DNA from: Bryobacterales bacterium
Lineage (GTDB): Bacteria; Acidobacteriota; Terriglobia; Bryobacterales; UBA6623
Assembly (NCBI GenBank): GCA_963422375.2
Contig: OY729428.2
Span: forward strand, 2,816,001 to 2,880,000
Reading direction: 5' to 3'
DNA: 64,000 bases
Position numbers and translations under genes: made by a program. The notes below the pieces were generated by a model. That model worked only from the letters and a program-made list of their open reading frames with translations. It did not search any database and was not told where the DNA came from. This document shows positions 32,196 through 40,723 of this stretch, piece after piece. Numbering within the stretch: position 1 is the stretch's first letter; each line of letters starts with the position of its first letter.

Positions 32196-34784
32196 CTAGG
32201 GAATTGTCCTCAGCACGCGGAAGCCCACGCCGCTGCCGCGGTTGCCGGGGCTGAGCCTGAAGCGGTACGCCGACCGGCCGTACCGCGGACCGTCGCCCCA
32301 GCTGCCGCCCCGAAGGACCCGGTCGGAGCCCGTAGCGGGGCCTCGCGGATCTGTCGCAGCGCCGCTCGGGTAGGACCCGTACCAGTCCTGCACCCACTCC
32401 CATACATTTCCGTGTACGTCGTGCAAGCCGAAAGCGTTTCGACTGAATGACCCCACCGGAGCCGTATGCACGTAGCCGTCCCGACACGGCGCGACCCCGA
32501 CCCAACGGTAGTGGTCCGCTCCGACTTGGTCTGCCAAGTTTCCGTACCCGCAGGTCCGCGTGTAGTCCGGATCATCGCCATAGGAAAAGCTGGTTTCCGA
32601 TGCCGCCCGAGCCACGTACTCCCACTCCGCCTCGGTCGGCAACCGATACTTCTCGCCTGTCTTCCCCGACAGCCACTTCACGTACGCCTGAGCATCGTTC
32701 CAAGACACACACACCGCGGGCTCCTGCCGACCCTGGCGGAACCCGGGATTCGTCCACGATCGCCCGGTGCGAGCATCCCATTCCCCGCTCTCGTGAGTCC
32801 GGCACGCCGACCCGCCGTCATGGCCGGCGTCATCCACGAATCGCCCGTACTGCTCCTTCGTCACTTCGTACACTCCTACCGCCAGCGGGCCGCTGATTGT
32901 CACGCGGCGACGAGGCCCCTCATCGTCCTCCCGGTCATTCTCATACGCCGGCGACCCCATCATGAATGAGCCCCCGTCCACCACCACCATCTCCGGACAG
33001 CCGTCGCAGTCCCGCAAGCGGTCCTCCGCCTCCGGGCGCGGACGCAATTCACGGAGCAGCACTCGAGCCTGTTCCAGCAGCCCCTCGGCTCCGGCAACCC
33101 CGTCGTACTTTTCGATAAAGGCCTCTGCCGCTTTCGAGTTCCGGCTCCGCTCCACGAATGCCCAGGCATCCCCCGCTTCCTCGGCAAGCTCCCTTGCGAG
33201 GCGCTCGTTTCGCAGCCTCCCGAGCAGCACTTCGGCGAGAGGCAGGACCACCCGAGCATCCTCCCGTCCCTGCCACTCCCGGATGAATTCCTCCACCTCG
33301 TCCTCGCTGTCGGAGTCCTCCATCGACTTCCATTCGTCAAGAGCTGTCGATTCAGCCGGTGGGGAGTTGGAGGGCCCTGACTGGTTCGGTGGCTCAATTG
33401 TCTCCTGTGCCTTTCCGGCCGGGCGGTCGTCCGAGGGCGGAGGCGACACGACTGTGGCGCTGGGAGGCCCAAGCTTCGGGACTGCCTTGGGCATCGCCGG
33501 CGATGCGCCGTTTTCGGCCTTCTTCGAACCCTCTGGCTCTGACGACTCGGTCGTGGCACCAGCAGAGTCAGTCTCTTGCGGCGGCGTATCTGCCGTGGCA
33601 ACCCCTCCTGCGTTGTCGCGACCGTCTGGATCCGGCCCGGGCCCTGCCGACCTTGAATCCGACACCGGGGCACGCCCGCCCTCATCTTCGATGTCCCCTG
33701 GCGAACCTCCCTCCGGCACTCCAATGACGACCGCTGCAAGCAAGGCTGCGGCCACGGCGGCAGCCCCGAGGGCCACTGCCCATCGCGCGGTCGAACGAGA
33801 CCGCCCCGGGGGCTGAACCGAGGGCTCCTCGGCGACGCGTCCCGGCCCCTCCAAGAGCCCCGCGAGTTCCGCGCAGTCCTGTACTCGGTCCGCCTCCTTC
33901 AGTGCGATGCATCGGTCAATCGCCGCGAGAATCCTTTCAGGGAACCGCCCCGCTCCCACCTCACGCGCCGGGGGCAGCGGATCCTCTTGCCCCCGCGCGA
34001 ACGCGGTCAGTCGCGACTCCACCTTCACCGGCTGCCGGGAGACCGCCTCGTCCGCACCCCCGGCGACCATCCGCCACATCACCGCCCCGACCGCGTACAG
34101 GTCCGTCCACGGCCCCAGCTTGCCTTCCCCGACCTGCTCAATCGCCGCGAATCCCTCCGTGTACGGGGCGTACGACCGCGACATTCCGGCGAGAGTCTGC
34201 TTCGCCGCCTCGAAGTCGATCAGCACGGCCCGGTTCTCTTCCCGGTCCACCTCTCGCCGAATAAGGATGTTGCTCGGCTTGATGTCCCTGTGCAGCACGC
34301 CGGCGTCGTGGACCGCCTTCAACCCTCCCAGCAGCGGCACTGTCACCGCCAGCAGATCGGCCTCCCCGAACGGCCTCCCCGCGCGCTCCCGCCGCGCCAG
34401 CAGGTCCGCCAGCGACATGCCTTCCTCGTAATCCATCACGAGGTACGCCGTGCCGTTCTCCCGGAAGAAATCCCTGCACGTCACCACGTTGGGGACGTCC
34501 TTGAATTCGGTCAGGCGCTTCGCTTCCCCGAGAAACCTATGCAGGCCCTCCGCGAAGTCCGCCCCGCGAGCCTGGCTGCTCGGATGCACCGTGCCCGCCT
34601 CGCGGACGGACAGCTCGGCGGGGAAATACTCCTTGATCGCGACGAGGAATCCAAGGTCCCGGTGCAGCGCCTTGTAGACGATGCCGAAACCGTCGTGCCC
34701 CAGCTGCGCCTGCACCTCGTACATGCCGTTGAGAAGCAGGCTGCCCGCTGGCAGCGCGACACGGGATCTGCCCTCTCCGCCCAT
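32196..34784 (-). CDS. DGR adjacent target A: Ser/Thr (pseudo)kinase - TM - low-complexity and helical linker - FGE/CLec domain with variable repeat
   Basis: Start MGGEG chosen by homology to target B; GHDGFG, VAIKE, HRDIKPSN, DFE; TM segment WAVALGAAAVAAALLAAVVIGVP; FGE motifs; VR at the C-terminus. Confidence 0.95.
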   Translation of the reverse strand: MGGEGRSRVALPAGSLLLNGMYEVQAQLGHDGFGIVYKALHRDLGFLVAIKEYFPAELSVREAGTVHPSSQARGADFAEGLHRFLGEAKRLTEFKDVPNVVTCRDFFRENGTAYLVMDYEEGMSLADLLARRERAGRPFGEADLLAVTVPLLGGLKAVHDAGVLHRDIKPSNILIRREVDREENRAVLIDFEAAKQTLAGMSRSYAPYTEGFAAIEQVGEGKLGPWTDLYAVGAVMWRMVAGGADEAVSRQPVKVESRLTAFARGQEDPLPPAREVGAGRFPERILAAIDRCIALKEADRVQDCAELAGLLEGPGRVAEEPSVQPPGRSRSTARWAVALGAAAVAAALLAAVVIGVPEGGSPGDIEDEGGRAPVSDSRSAGPGPDPDGRDNAGGVATADTPPQETDSAGATTESSEPEGSKKAENGASPAMPKAVPKLGPPSATVVSPPPSDDRPAGKAQETIEPPNQSGPSNSPPAESTALDEWKSMEDSDSEDEVEEFIREWQGREDARVVLPLAEVLLGRLRNERLARELAEEAGDAWAFVERSRNSKAAEAFIEKYDGVAGAEGLLEQARVLLRELRPRPEAEDRLRDCDGCPEMVVVDGGSFMMGSPAYENDREDDEGPRRRVTISGPLAVGVYEVTKEQYGRFVDDAGHDGGSACRTHESGEWDARTGRSWTNPGFRQGRQEPAVCVSWNDAQAYVKWLSGKTGEKYRLPTEAEWEYVARAASETSFSYGDDPDYTRTCGYGNLADQVGADHYRWVGVAPCRDGYVHTAPVGSFSRNAFGLHDVHGNVWEWVQDWYGSYPSGAATDPRGPATGSDRVLRGGSWGDGPRYGRSAYRFRLSPGNRGSGVGFRVLRTIP
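32209..32330 (-). repeat. DGR variable repeat VR-A
   Basis: 122-nt ungapped match to TR with 20 mismatches, 18 at TR adenines. Confidence 0.96.
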
Positions 34785-34954
34785 GGAGATAGAATACCCT
34801 TGCACAGCGCGTCGCGCCCCCAGCGACAGCAAGCCACAAGATGACCCGGACGTGAGTGTACCGAGAGCAGCCTCAGAATTCCGTACATCGAAGGATTGGT
34901 CAAGTACGGCCGTCCGGCGTGAGGCCGTGGGATTCTCCGCAAGGCCTTTCGATT

Positions 34955-36405
34955 GAGAATTATATATCTGAGTGCCGAGGGAATCAAGTCGGCAAATTAT
35001 CAAGCCATAATAAGATTTCATATTTCTTCCGAATTTCCATTGAAATTCTGTGGTGTTTCTTGGTAGAATAGTTCCAGTATGGGATACCGTAAATGAAGAA
35101 ACAAGATCCCGGAAAGTGGTTCCGCAAAGGCATCACATTGATCGAAGTGATCGCCATGTTCTCCGATGACGAATCCGCGGAAAAATGGTTCGCCTCCATG
35201 CGCTGGCCGGACGGTCCCGCGTGCCCCCGCTGCCGCGGCTCCAGCGTGCAGTCCGGCGCGGCCGACCCTTCGATGCCGTACCGTTGCCGCGGCTGCGGCA
35301 AGCGCTTTGCCGTACGCACCGGCAGCGTGACGGCCGACACCAAGCTCGGCTACCGCACCCGGGCCGTCGCCCTGTTCCTGCTGACCACCGGCATCAAGGG
35401 CGTCTCGAGCATGAAGCTGCACCGCGACCTAGGCATCAGCCGGAAGTCGGCCCGGCACCTGGCGCACCGCATCCGCGCGTGCCGGGAGCGGGATCAGGGC
35501 CTGTTCGCCGGCCCGGCGGAGGTGGACGAGACCTGCGTCGGCGGCAAGGAACGCAACAAGCACGAGAGGAAGAAGGCCCGCGCCGGGCGCGGGCCCGTCG
35601 GCAAGACCCCGGTGGCGGGGGCGCGGGACCGCGCCACGCCCGGGGCGCAGGTCCGCTCCGACGAGGCGGCGGCCTGCGCCGGCATGGCGGAGTTCGCGCG
35701 CGAAGCCGTCAGGCACTCCGGCGGCGAGTACGTGCGCGGGGCAGGGCATACGAACGGCATCGAATCGTTCTGGTCCCTGTTCAAGCGCGGCCTGTACGGC
35801 ACCTATCACCGGATGAGCGTCCGTCATCCGGGTCGCTACCTCACGGAGTTCGCGGGATGGTACAACGACCGCGACTGCGACACGGCGGAACGGATGCGGC
35901 GCATGGCGCGGGGCTTGGTCGGCCGGACGCTGACCTACCGGCAGCTGACCGGCAAGGCCGCGGTCGCGGCCCGAGCGGCGCCCGCCGCGCTGAGCGCGGC
36001 AGCCCGCTGCGGGCGCGCTCTTCACGCTCGGTGCGCTCGGTGCGCTGCACACTCGGTACGAGGGGCGCACCGGATCCGGCATGCCCCGGTGCGCCCCCAG
36101 TCCGGCCCGGACCGTCCATGCAGGCCGTCGAGCGCCGGGGATCCGCTGTCTTCGGCCCTCGCAGGGCCTGCAATCGGCTTGCAAGGGGCGCCCTGCCACC
36201 GCCAACCGGGTTCCACCGGGGCATGCGAGGCGGCCTCTCTAGTCCCTTCCTCGTCCAATCCGCTGGCAGGCTCGATTCAGATGCGATCCCACCCCTCCGT
36301 GCCCGTCGCGGCCGCACTCGAATGACCCGAGCTCGACACCGACCTCCCTGCTCACAGCAGTTCTAGTCGGACATGGCGTTGTCGGCACTCAGATACATAA
36401 TTCCC
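34955..36405 (+). mobile_element. IS1595-family element (probably defective)
   Basis: TIRs GAGAATTATATATCTGAGTGCCG / CGGCACTCAGATACATAATTCCC; no matching TSD on its own flanks. Confidence 0.9.
35093..36325 (+). pseudogene. IS1595 transposase with apparent internal deletion and read-through tail
   Basis: RWPDGPACPRC...CRGC, EVDET, SDE, HTNGIESFWSLFKRG, YRQL. The stretch between DRAT and PGAQV is unusually short. Confidence 0.75.
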
Positions 36406-36584
36406 CTCGTGAAAGGTGCATCAAGTCGCATCCTCCGCCAAGCCTGCGACGCCGACCACGGGACGGTCGTGCGCCCAGCCCGCGGCCGCGGCGAGTAAGG
36501 TGCCCAGCGAGCCTCGATGCCGCGGGCGGCGCGGACTAGCCGCTGCCGCGACCCATTCGCAGGCACGCAAGCCGCAAGGCGCGG

Positions 36585-37370
36585 TCAGGCGAGCGGCTCG
36601 AACGGCCACTTGGCCGTCGTGGTGTAGCCGCCGTCGGCCGCGATCACCTGGCCGGTTATGTAGTCCGCGGCGGGACTAGCGAGGAACGCGGCCAGCCCGG
36701 CGATGTCCTCCGGCCTGCCGAGGCGCGGGTTCGCCTGCACCGCACCCAGCCACTTCGCCATTCCGGGCGGCCGCCACATCTCGCGGTTCAGGTCGGTGAG
36801 GATGAAGCCCGGTGCGATGCAGTTCACCTGCACGTCGGCGTGGGCCCATTCCGCCGCGAGCACGCGCGTCAGCCCGGCCAAGGCGCTCTTCGTCATGGCG
36901 TAGATTGAGAGATACGGCAGCCCCAGGACGGACATCAGGCTGCCGATATTCACAACCTTGCCTCCCACGCCCCGCTCGACCATGCGGCCGCCAACCAAGC
37001 GCGTGAGTCGGGCGATACCGTGCAGGTTAGTCTGCATGATGCGGTCGTACTCTTCCGGGGTGTAGTCCTCAAAGCGTCGACGGACGTTGGTGCCCGCTAC
37101 GTTGACGAGGATGTGAACGTCACCACAGGCCGCAGCCGCTCCATCGATCGAATCGGGATCGGCAATGTCCAGGCAGCGCACGTCGGCCGAGAGGCCGGCG
37201 CCCCGCAGCTTCCCGGCCTCCCGTTCCAGCGCTTCCGCAGAACGCGCGGCGAGAACCGTGCGGGCGCCCTGCGCGGCAACGGCCTTGGCGATCGCCAGTC
37301 CGATCCCCCGGCTCGCCCCGGCCACCAAGGCCGTCCGACCGTCGAGGGAGTACATCTTGCCGTAGTCCAT
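36585..37370 (-). CDS. SDR family oxidoreductase
   Basis: GASRGIG, NVAG, YAMTK, VNCIAPG, ITGQVIAADGG. Confidence 0.93.
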   Translation of the reverse strand: MDYGKMYSLDGRTALVAGASRGIGLAIAKAVAAQGARTVLAARSAEALEREAGKLRGAGLSADVRCLDIADPDSIDGAAAACGDVHILVNVAGTNVRRRFEDYTPEEYDRIMQTNLHGIARLTRLVGGRMVERGVGGKVVNIGSLMSVLGLPYLSIYAMTKSALAGLTRVLAAEWAHADVQVNCIAPGFILTDLNREMWRPPGMAKWLGAVQANPRLGRPEDIAGLAAFLASPAADYITGQVIAADGGYTTTAKWPFEPLA

Positions 37371-37443
37371 TGCGACGTGCCATCGTAGCAACGCTCCACC
37401 CTGCCGGCCCCCGCGGCCCGCCTGTCGCTACCATGAGCCGTAT

Positions 37444-38826
37444 ATGGCGAACGAAAAGGGGCGCTTCGAAGCGGCGAGAGGCGCGCTGGCCGAGCTGCTC
37501 CTAGAGCGGCTTTCGACTTCCCCCTACGACATCGAGAGCCACGCCCGCGACGAGTCCTTCCATCCGCCCGCGCCTCCTGACGCCGTCGCGTTCCCCGCGT
37601 CGAACGAGGAAGTAGCGGCGATCGTCCGCATCTGCCACGCGCATTCGCTCCCGGTCATTCCGTTCGGCGCGGGGACCGCGGTGGAGGGGCACGTCCAAGC
37701 GACGCGCGGAGGGCTCTCGGTCGACCTCTCGCGCATGAACCGGATCCTCGACCTGCAGTCCGACGACATGGACTGCCGCGTGCAGGCGGGAATCCGCCGC
37801 TTGGCGCTCAACGAGCGCCTAGAGAGGCACGGGCTCTGGCTGCCCGTGGACCCCGGGGCCGACGCCTCGGTCGGGGGCATGGCCGCCACCGGGGCGTCCG
37901 GGACGACTACGGTGCGGTACGGGACGATCCGCGAGAACATCCTTGGCCTGACCTGCGTCCTGGCGGACGGCCGCATCGTTCGCACGGGCGGGAGGGCGCG
38001 CAAGTCGTCCGCGGGCTACGACCTGACCAAGCTGATGCTGGGGTCGGAAGGCACGCTTGGCTTGATCACCGAGGTCCAGCTGCGGCTCTATCCGCTGCCG
38101 GAAGCCATCTCGGCGGCGGTTTGCAGCTTTGCGAGCGTCGAGGACTGCGTCGAGTCGGTCATCGAGATCTTGCAGTCGGGCATTCCGGTCGCTCGCTGCG
38201 AGCTGCTGGACGAGGCCACCATGCGCGCCGTCAGCCAGTACGCGCGGCTGAGCTACGATCCGGCCCCCACGCTCTTCCTCGAATTCCACGGCACGCCCGC
38301 AAGCGTGGCCGAGCAGGCGGGCCGGTCCGGCGAGATCGTCGCCGAGCACGGCGGCGGGGACTTCCAATGGACCCCTGAACGGGAGAAGCGGGAGAAGCTG
38401 TGGCACGCCCGGCACCACGCCTACTACGCCATTAAGGCCCTGCGCCCGGGGTCGTACGGCTGGGTCAGCGACACGTGCGTCCCGATCTCGAGACTCGCGG
38501 AATGCATCACGGCTACCGTCAGCGACCTGGAAGAGGCCGGACTGGTCGCCCCGATCCTCGGGCATGTCGGCGACGGCAATTTCCATGCGATCTTCCTCGT
38601 GGACCCGGAAGACGAGGCAGAGATGGCGCGGGCGGGGACGGCAAACCAGCGCATGATAGAGCGGTCGCTCGCCATGGGGGGCACGTGCACCGGTGAGCAC
38701 GGGATCGGTCTTGGCAAGAAAGAGGCCCTGCTCGAGCAGCATGGTGCCGGCGTCGCCGTAATGCGCACGCTCAAGACGGCGCTGGATCCGGACGGGATCC
38801 TCAATCCAGGCAAGATCCTCGCCTGA
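37444..38826 (+). CDS. FAD-linked oxidase (D-lactate dehydrogenase/GlcD family)
   Basis: PFGAGTAVEG, DPGADASVGGM, KSSAGYDL, GSEGTLG, GHVGDGNFH, GEHGIG, LNPGK. Confidence 0.92.
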   Translation: MANEKGRFEAARGALAELLLERLSTSPYDIESHARDESFHPPAPPDAVAFPASNEEVAAIVRICHAHSLPVIPFGAGTAVEGHVQATRGGLSVDLSRMNRILDLQSDDMDCRVQAGIRRLALNERLERHGLWLPVDPGADASVGGMAATGASGTTTVRYGTIRENILGLTCVLADGRIVRTGGRARKSSAGYDLTKLMLGSEGTLGLITEVQLRLYPLPEAISAAVCSFASVEDCVESVIEILQSGIPVARCELLDEATMRAVSQYARLSYDPAPTLFLEFHGTPASVAEQAGRSGEIVAEHGGGDFQWTPEREKREKLWHARHHAYYAIKALRPGSYGWVSDTCVPISRLAECITATVSDLEEAGLVAPILGHVGDGNFHAIFLVDPEDEAEMARAGTANQRMIERSLAMGGTCTGEHGIGLGKKEALLEQHGAGVAVMRTLKTALDPDGILNPGKILA

Positions 38827-38852
38827 GGCCGAGTCGACGCGGTTCGGTGCCG

Positions 38853-40331
38853 TCAGCGGCTCCTGCCGCGGTCGCGGATTCGCTCGAGGGCCTGCTCCAG
38901 CCTATTGGCGAGGGTCGGGTTTCTGTGGTAAACGTTGCGCTTTTCGGACGGATCGCCTGCGAGATCGTACAACTGATACGGCCTCTCGAACGGCTGTCCC
39001 CGCGGAGCCTCCCTGCCACCTGATCCGTTGCCCGCGATCAGCTTCCAGCGGCCGTCCCGGATCGCGAACATGCCGGAAGACGAATGATGAACCACCGGCG
39101 CCCGCGGGACGGGCCAGCGCTTACCGCGCAGCAGCGGCAGCAGGCTGAAGCTGTCCTCGGCAGCGTCCTCGGGAAGCGGTGCCCCGAGGATGTCCGCCAG
39201 CGTCGCGAACACGTCAGTGAGACACACGGTCTCGCGCTGTACGCTGCCCGGTTCGACCTCGCCCGGCCATCGCGCGAAGAACGGGACGCGGTGGCCGGCC
39301 TCCCAGATGTCGGCCTTGGTTCCACGGTAGACGTAGTTGGCCGTGTGATTGGTCGAGCGGTAGGCCTGGATGGTCGGATCGTCGGTGTGGTCCTGCGCGG
39401 AAAGACCCTCGCGGCGGTACATGAACGAGCCGTTGTCGGACGTGAAGATGACGAGAGTGCTGTCCCCGACTCCCGCACGGTCGATCGCTTGCGCCACGGT
39501 GCCCGCCGCCGCGTCGACATGGCCGACGAAGTCTCCGTACGGTCCGAGACCGGTCCTTCCCTGGAACCGCTCGCCCGGCCAGACGGGCTTGTGCGGCGCC
39601 GTCAGGGGCAGGTACAGCAGGAAGGGCCGTCCGGCGCGCGCCTGCCGTCCGACAAAGTCGGATGCCTCGCGCACGAGGTCGTCGAGTACGTCCACGGGAT
39701 CGAGGTCCGAGGCGATCTCGCCTTGCCGCATGAAGCGCGGGAACTTCAGTGCCGGCTGCTCGCCCAGCGGCAGGCCCGTGATCTGTCCGTCACGAATGTA
39801 TACGTACGGCGGAAAGTCCAGCGACGCGGGGATGATGTAGGACTCGTCGAACCCGTGCGTGCGAGGCCCGTCCGAGACCGGCTTGGTGAAATCGAACTCC
39901 CCGGATTCGTTCTTGGCGAAGCCCAGTCCAAGGTGCCACTTGCCGACGATAGCGGTACGGTAGCCCTTCGCTCGCAGGAACGTGCCGATGGTCTCCCTCC
40001 CTGGCGCGAGCAGCGGCTCGCCGTAGCCGTTCAGGACGCCGCGCTTGAGCCGCGTCCGCCAGGAGTAGCGCCCCGTCAGCAGGCCGTAGCGAGTCGGCGT
40101 GCAGACACCCGAAGGGGTGTGGGCGTCGACAAAGGCCATTCCCTGCGACGCCAGCCGATCTAAGTGCGGCGTCGGGATCTTCGATTCCGGATTGAGGTAC
40201 GCTACGTCGCCGAATCCCAGGTCGTCAGCGAGGATCACGACCACATTGGGCTGGGCGGCCGTCGCGGCCGCGGCCAGGAACAGGGCCAAGGCGAACCGCG
40301 GCAGCGGAAGAACACGAGTCCGGAGGCGCAT
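38853..40331 (-). CDS. Arylsulfatase-family sulfatase
   Basis: PNVVVILADDLG, CTPTRYGLLTGRY, GKWHLG; signal peptide. Confidence 0.93.
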   Translation of the reverse strand: MRLRTRVLPLPRFALALFLAAAATAAQPNVVVILADDLGFGDVAYLNPESKIPTPHLDRLASQGMAFVDAHTPSGVCTPTRYGLLTGRYSWRTRLKRGVLNGYGEPLLAPGRETIGTFLRAKGYRTAIVGKWHLGLGFAKNESGEFDFTKPVSDGPRTHGFDESYIIPASLDFPPYVYIRDGQITGLPLGEQPALKFPRFMRQGEIASDLDPVDVLDDLVREASDFVGRQARAGRPFLLYLPLTAPHKPVWPGERFQGRTGLGPYGDFVGHVDAAAGTVAQAIDRAGVGDSTLVIFTSDNGSFMYRREGLSAQDHTDDPTIQAYRSTNHTANYVYRGTKADIWEAGHRVPFFARWPGEVEPGSVQRETVCLTDVFATLADILGAPLPEDAAEDSFSLLPLLRGKRWPVPRAPVVHHSSSGMFAIRDGRWKLIAGNGSGGREAPRGQPFERPYQLYDLAGDPSEKRNVYHRNPTLANRLEQALERIRDRGRSR

Positions 40332-40723
40332 GTCAAGTCCATTGTGCCAGCCGGAACGGCTCGGCGCATGCCTCGCGCCGTCTCGACGCCCGTCCCGCCG
40401 AGGTCGCCTTGCAGCGCGTGATCGGGCTAGTCCGATTGCTGAGTACAACGCCCCGCGACGAGCGGGGGATTCCGGCGCGCCGAGGAACGGATTCAACGAT
40501 GGCGGCGAGCCTGCCGCCTCGGGCCGCGCTCGGTCACACCCCTCAGATGCCCCTCCGAGGCCCGAACGTTTTGGTTGTAAGGCCATCCGCCGGAAGCTTG
40601 TGATACACTCTAGGGCTCGCTCGGACGAGCGCTCCGCTCCTGTCCGCACCGTCGCCCTCGCGGAGCGATATCCAGATCGGATCCCCGGAGCAGGCCGGAT
40701 CCCCGGAGCGCGCATTCTGCCGC

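Noticed and set aside
32196..33010. FGE domains as sulfatase-maturing enzymes for the nearby sulfatases
   Set aside because: They have RGGSW without the catalytic cysteines of true FGE, and that region is the VR.
34785..35021. 79-aa N-terminal extension of target A in the ORF track
   Set aside because: It begins inside the IS1595 left end; the paralogue starts at MGGE.
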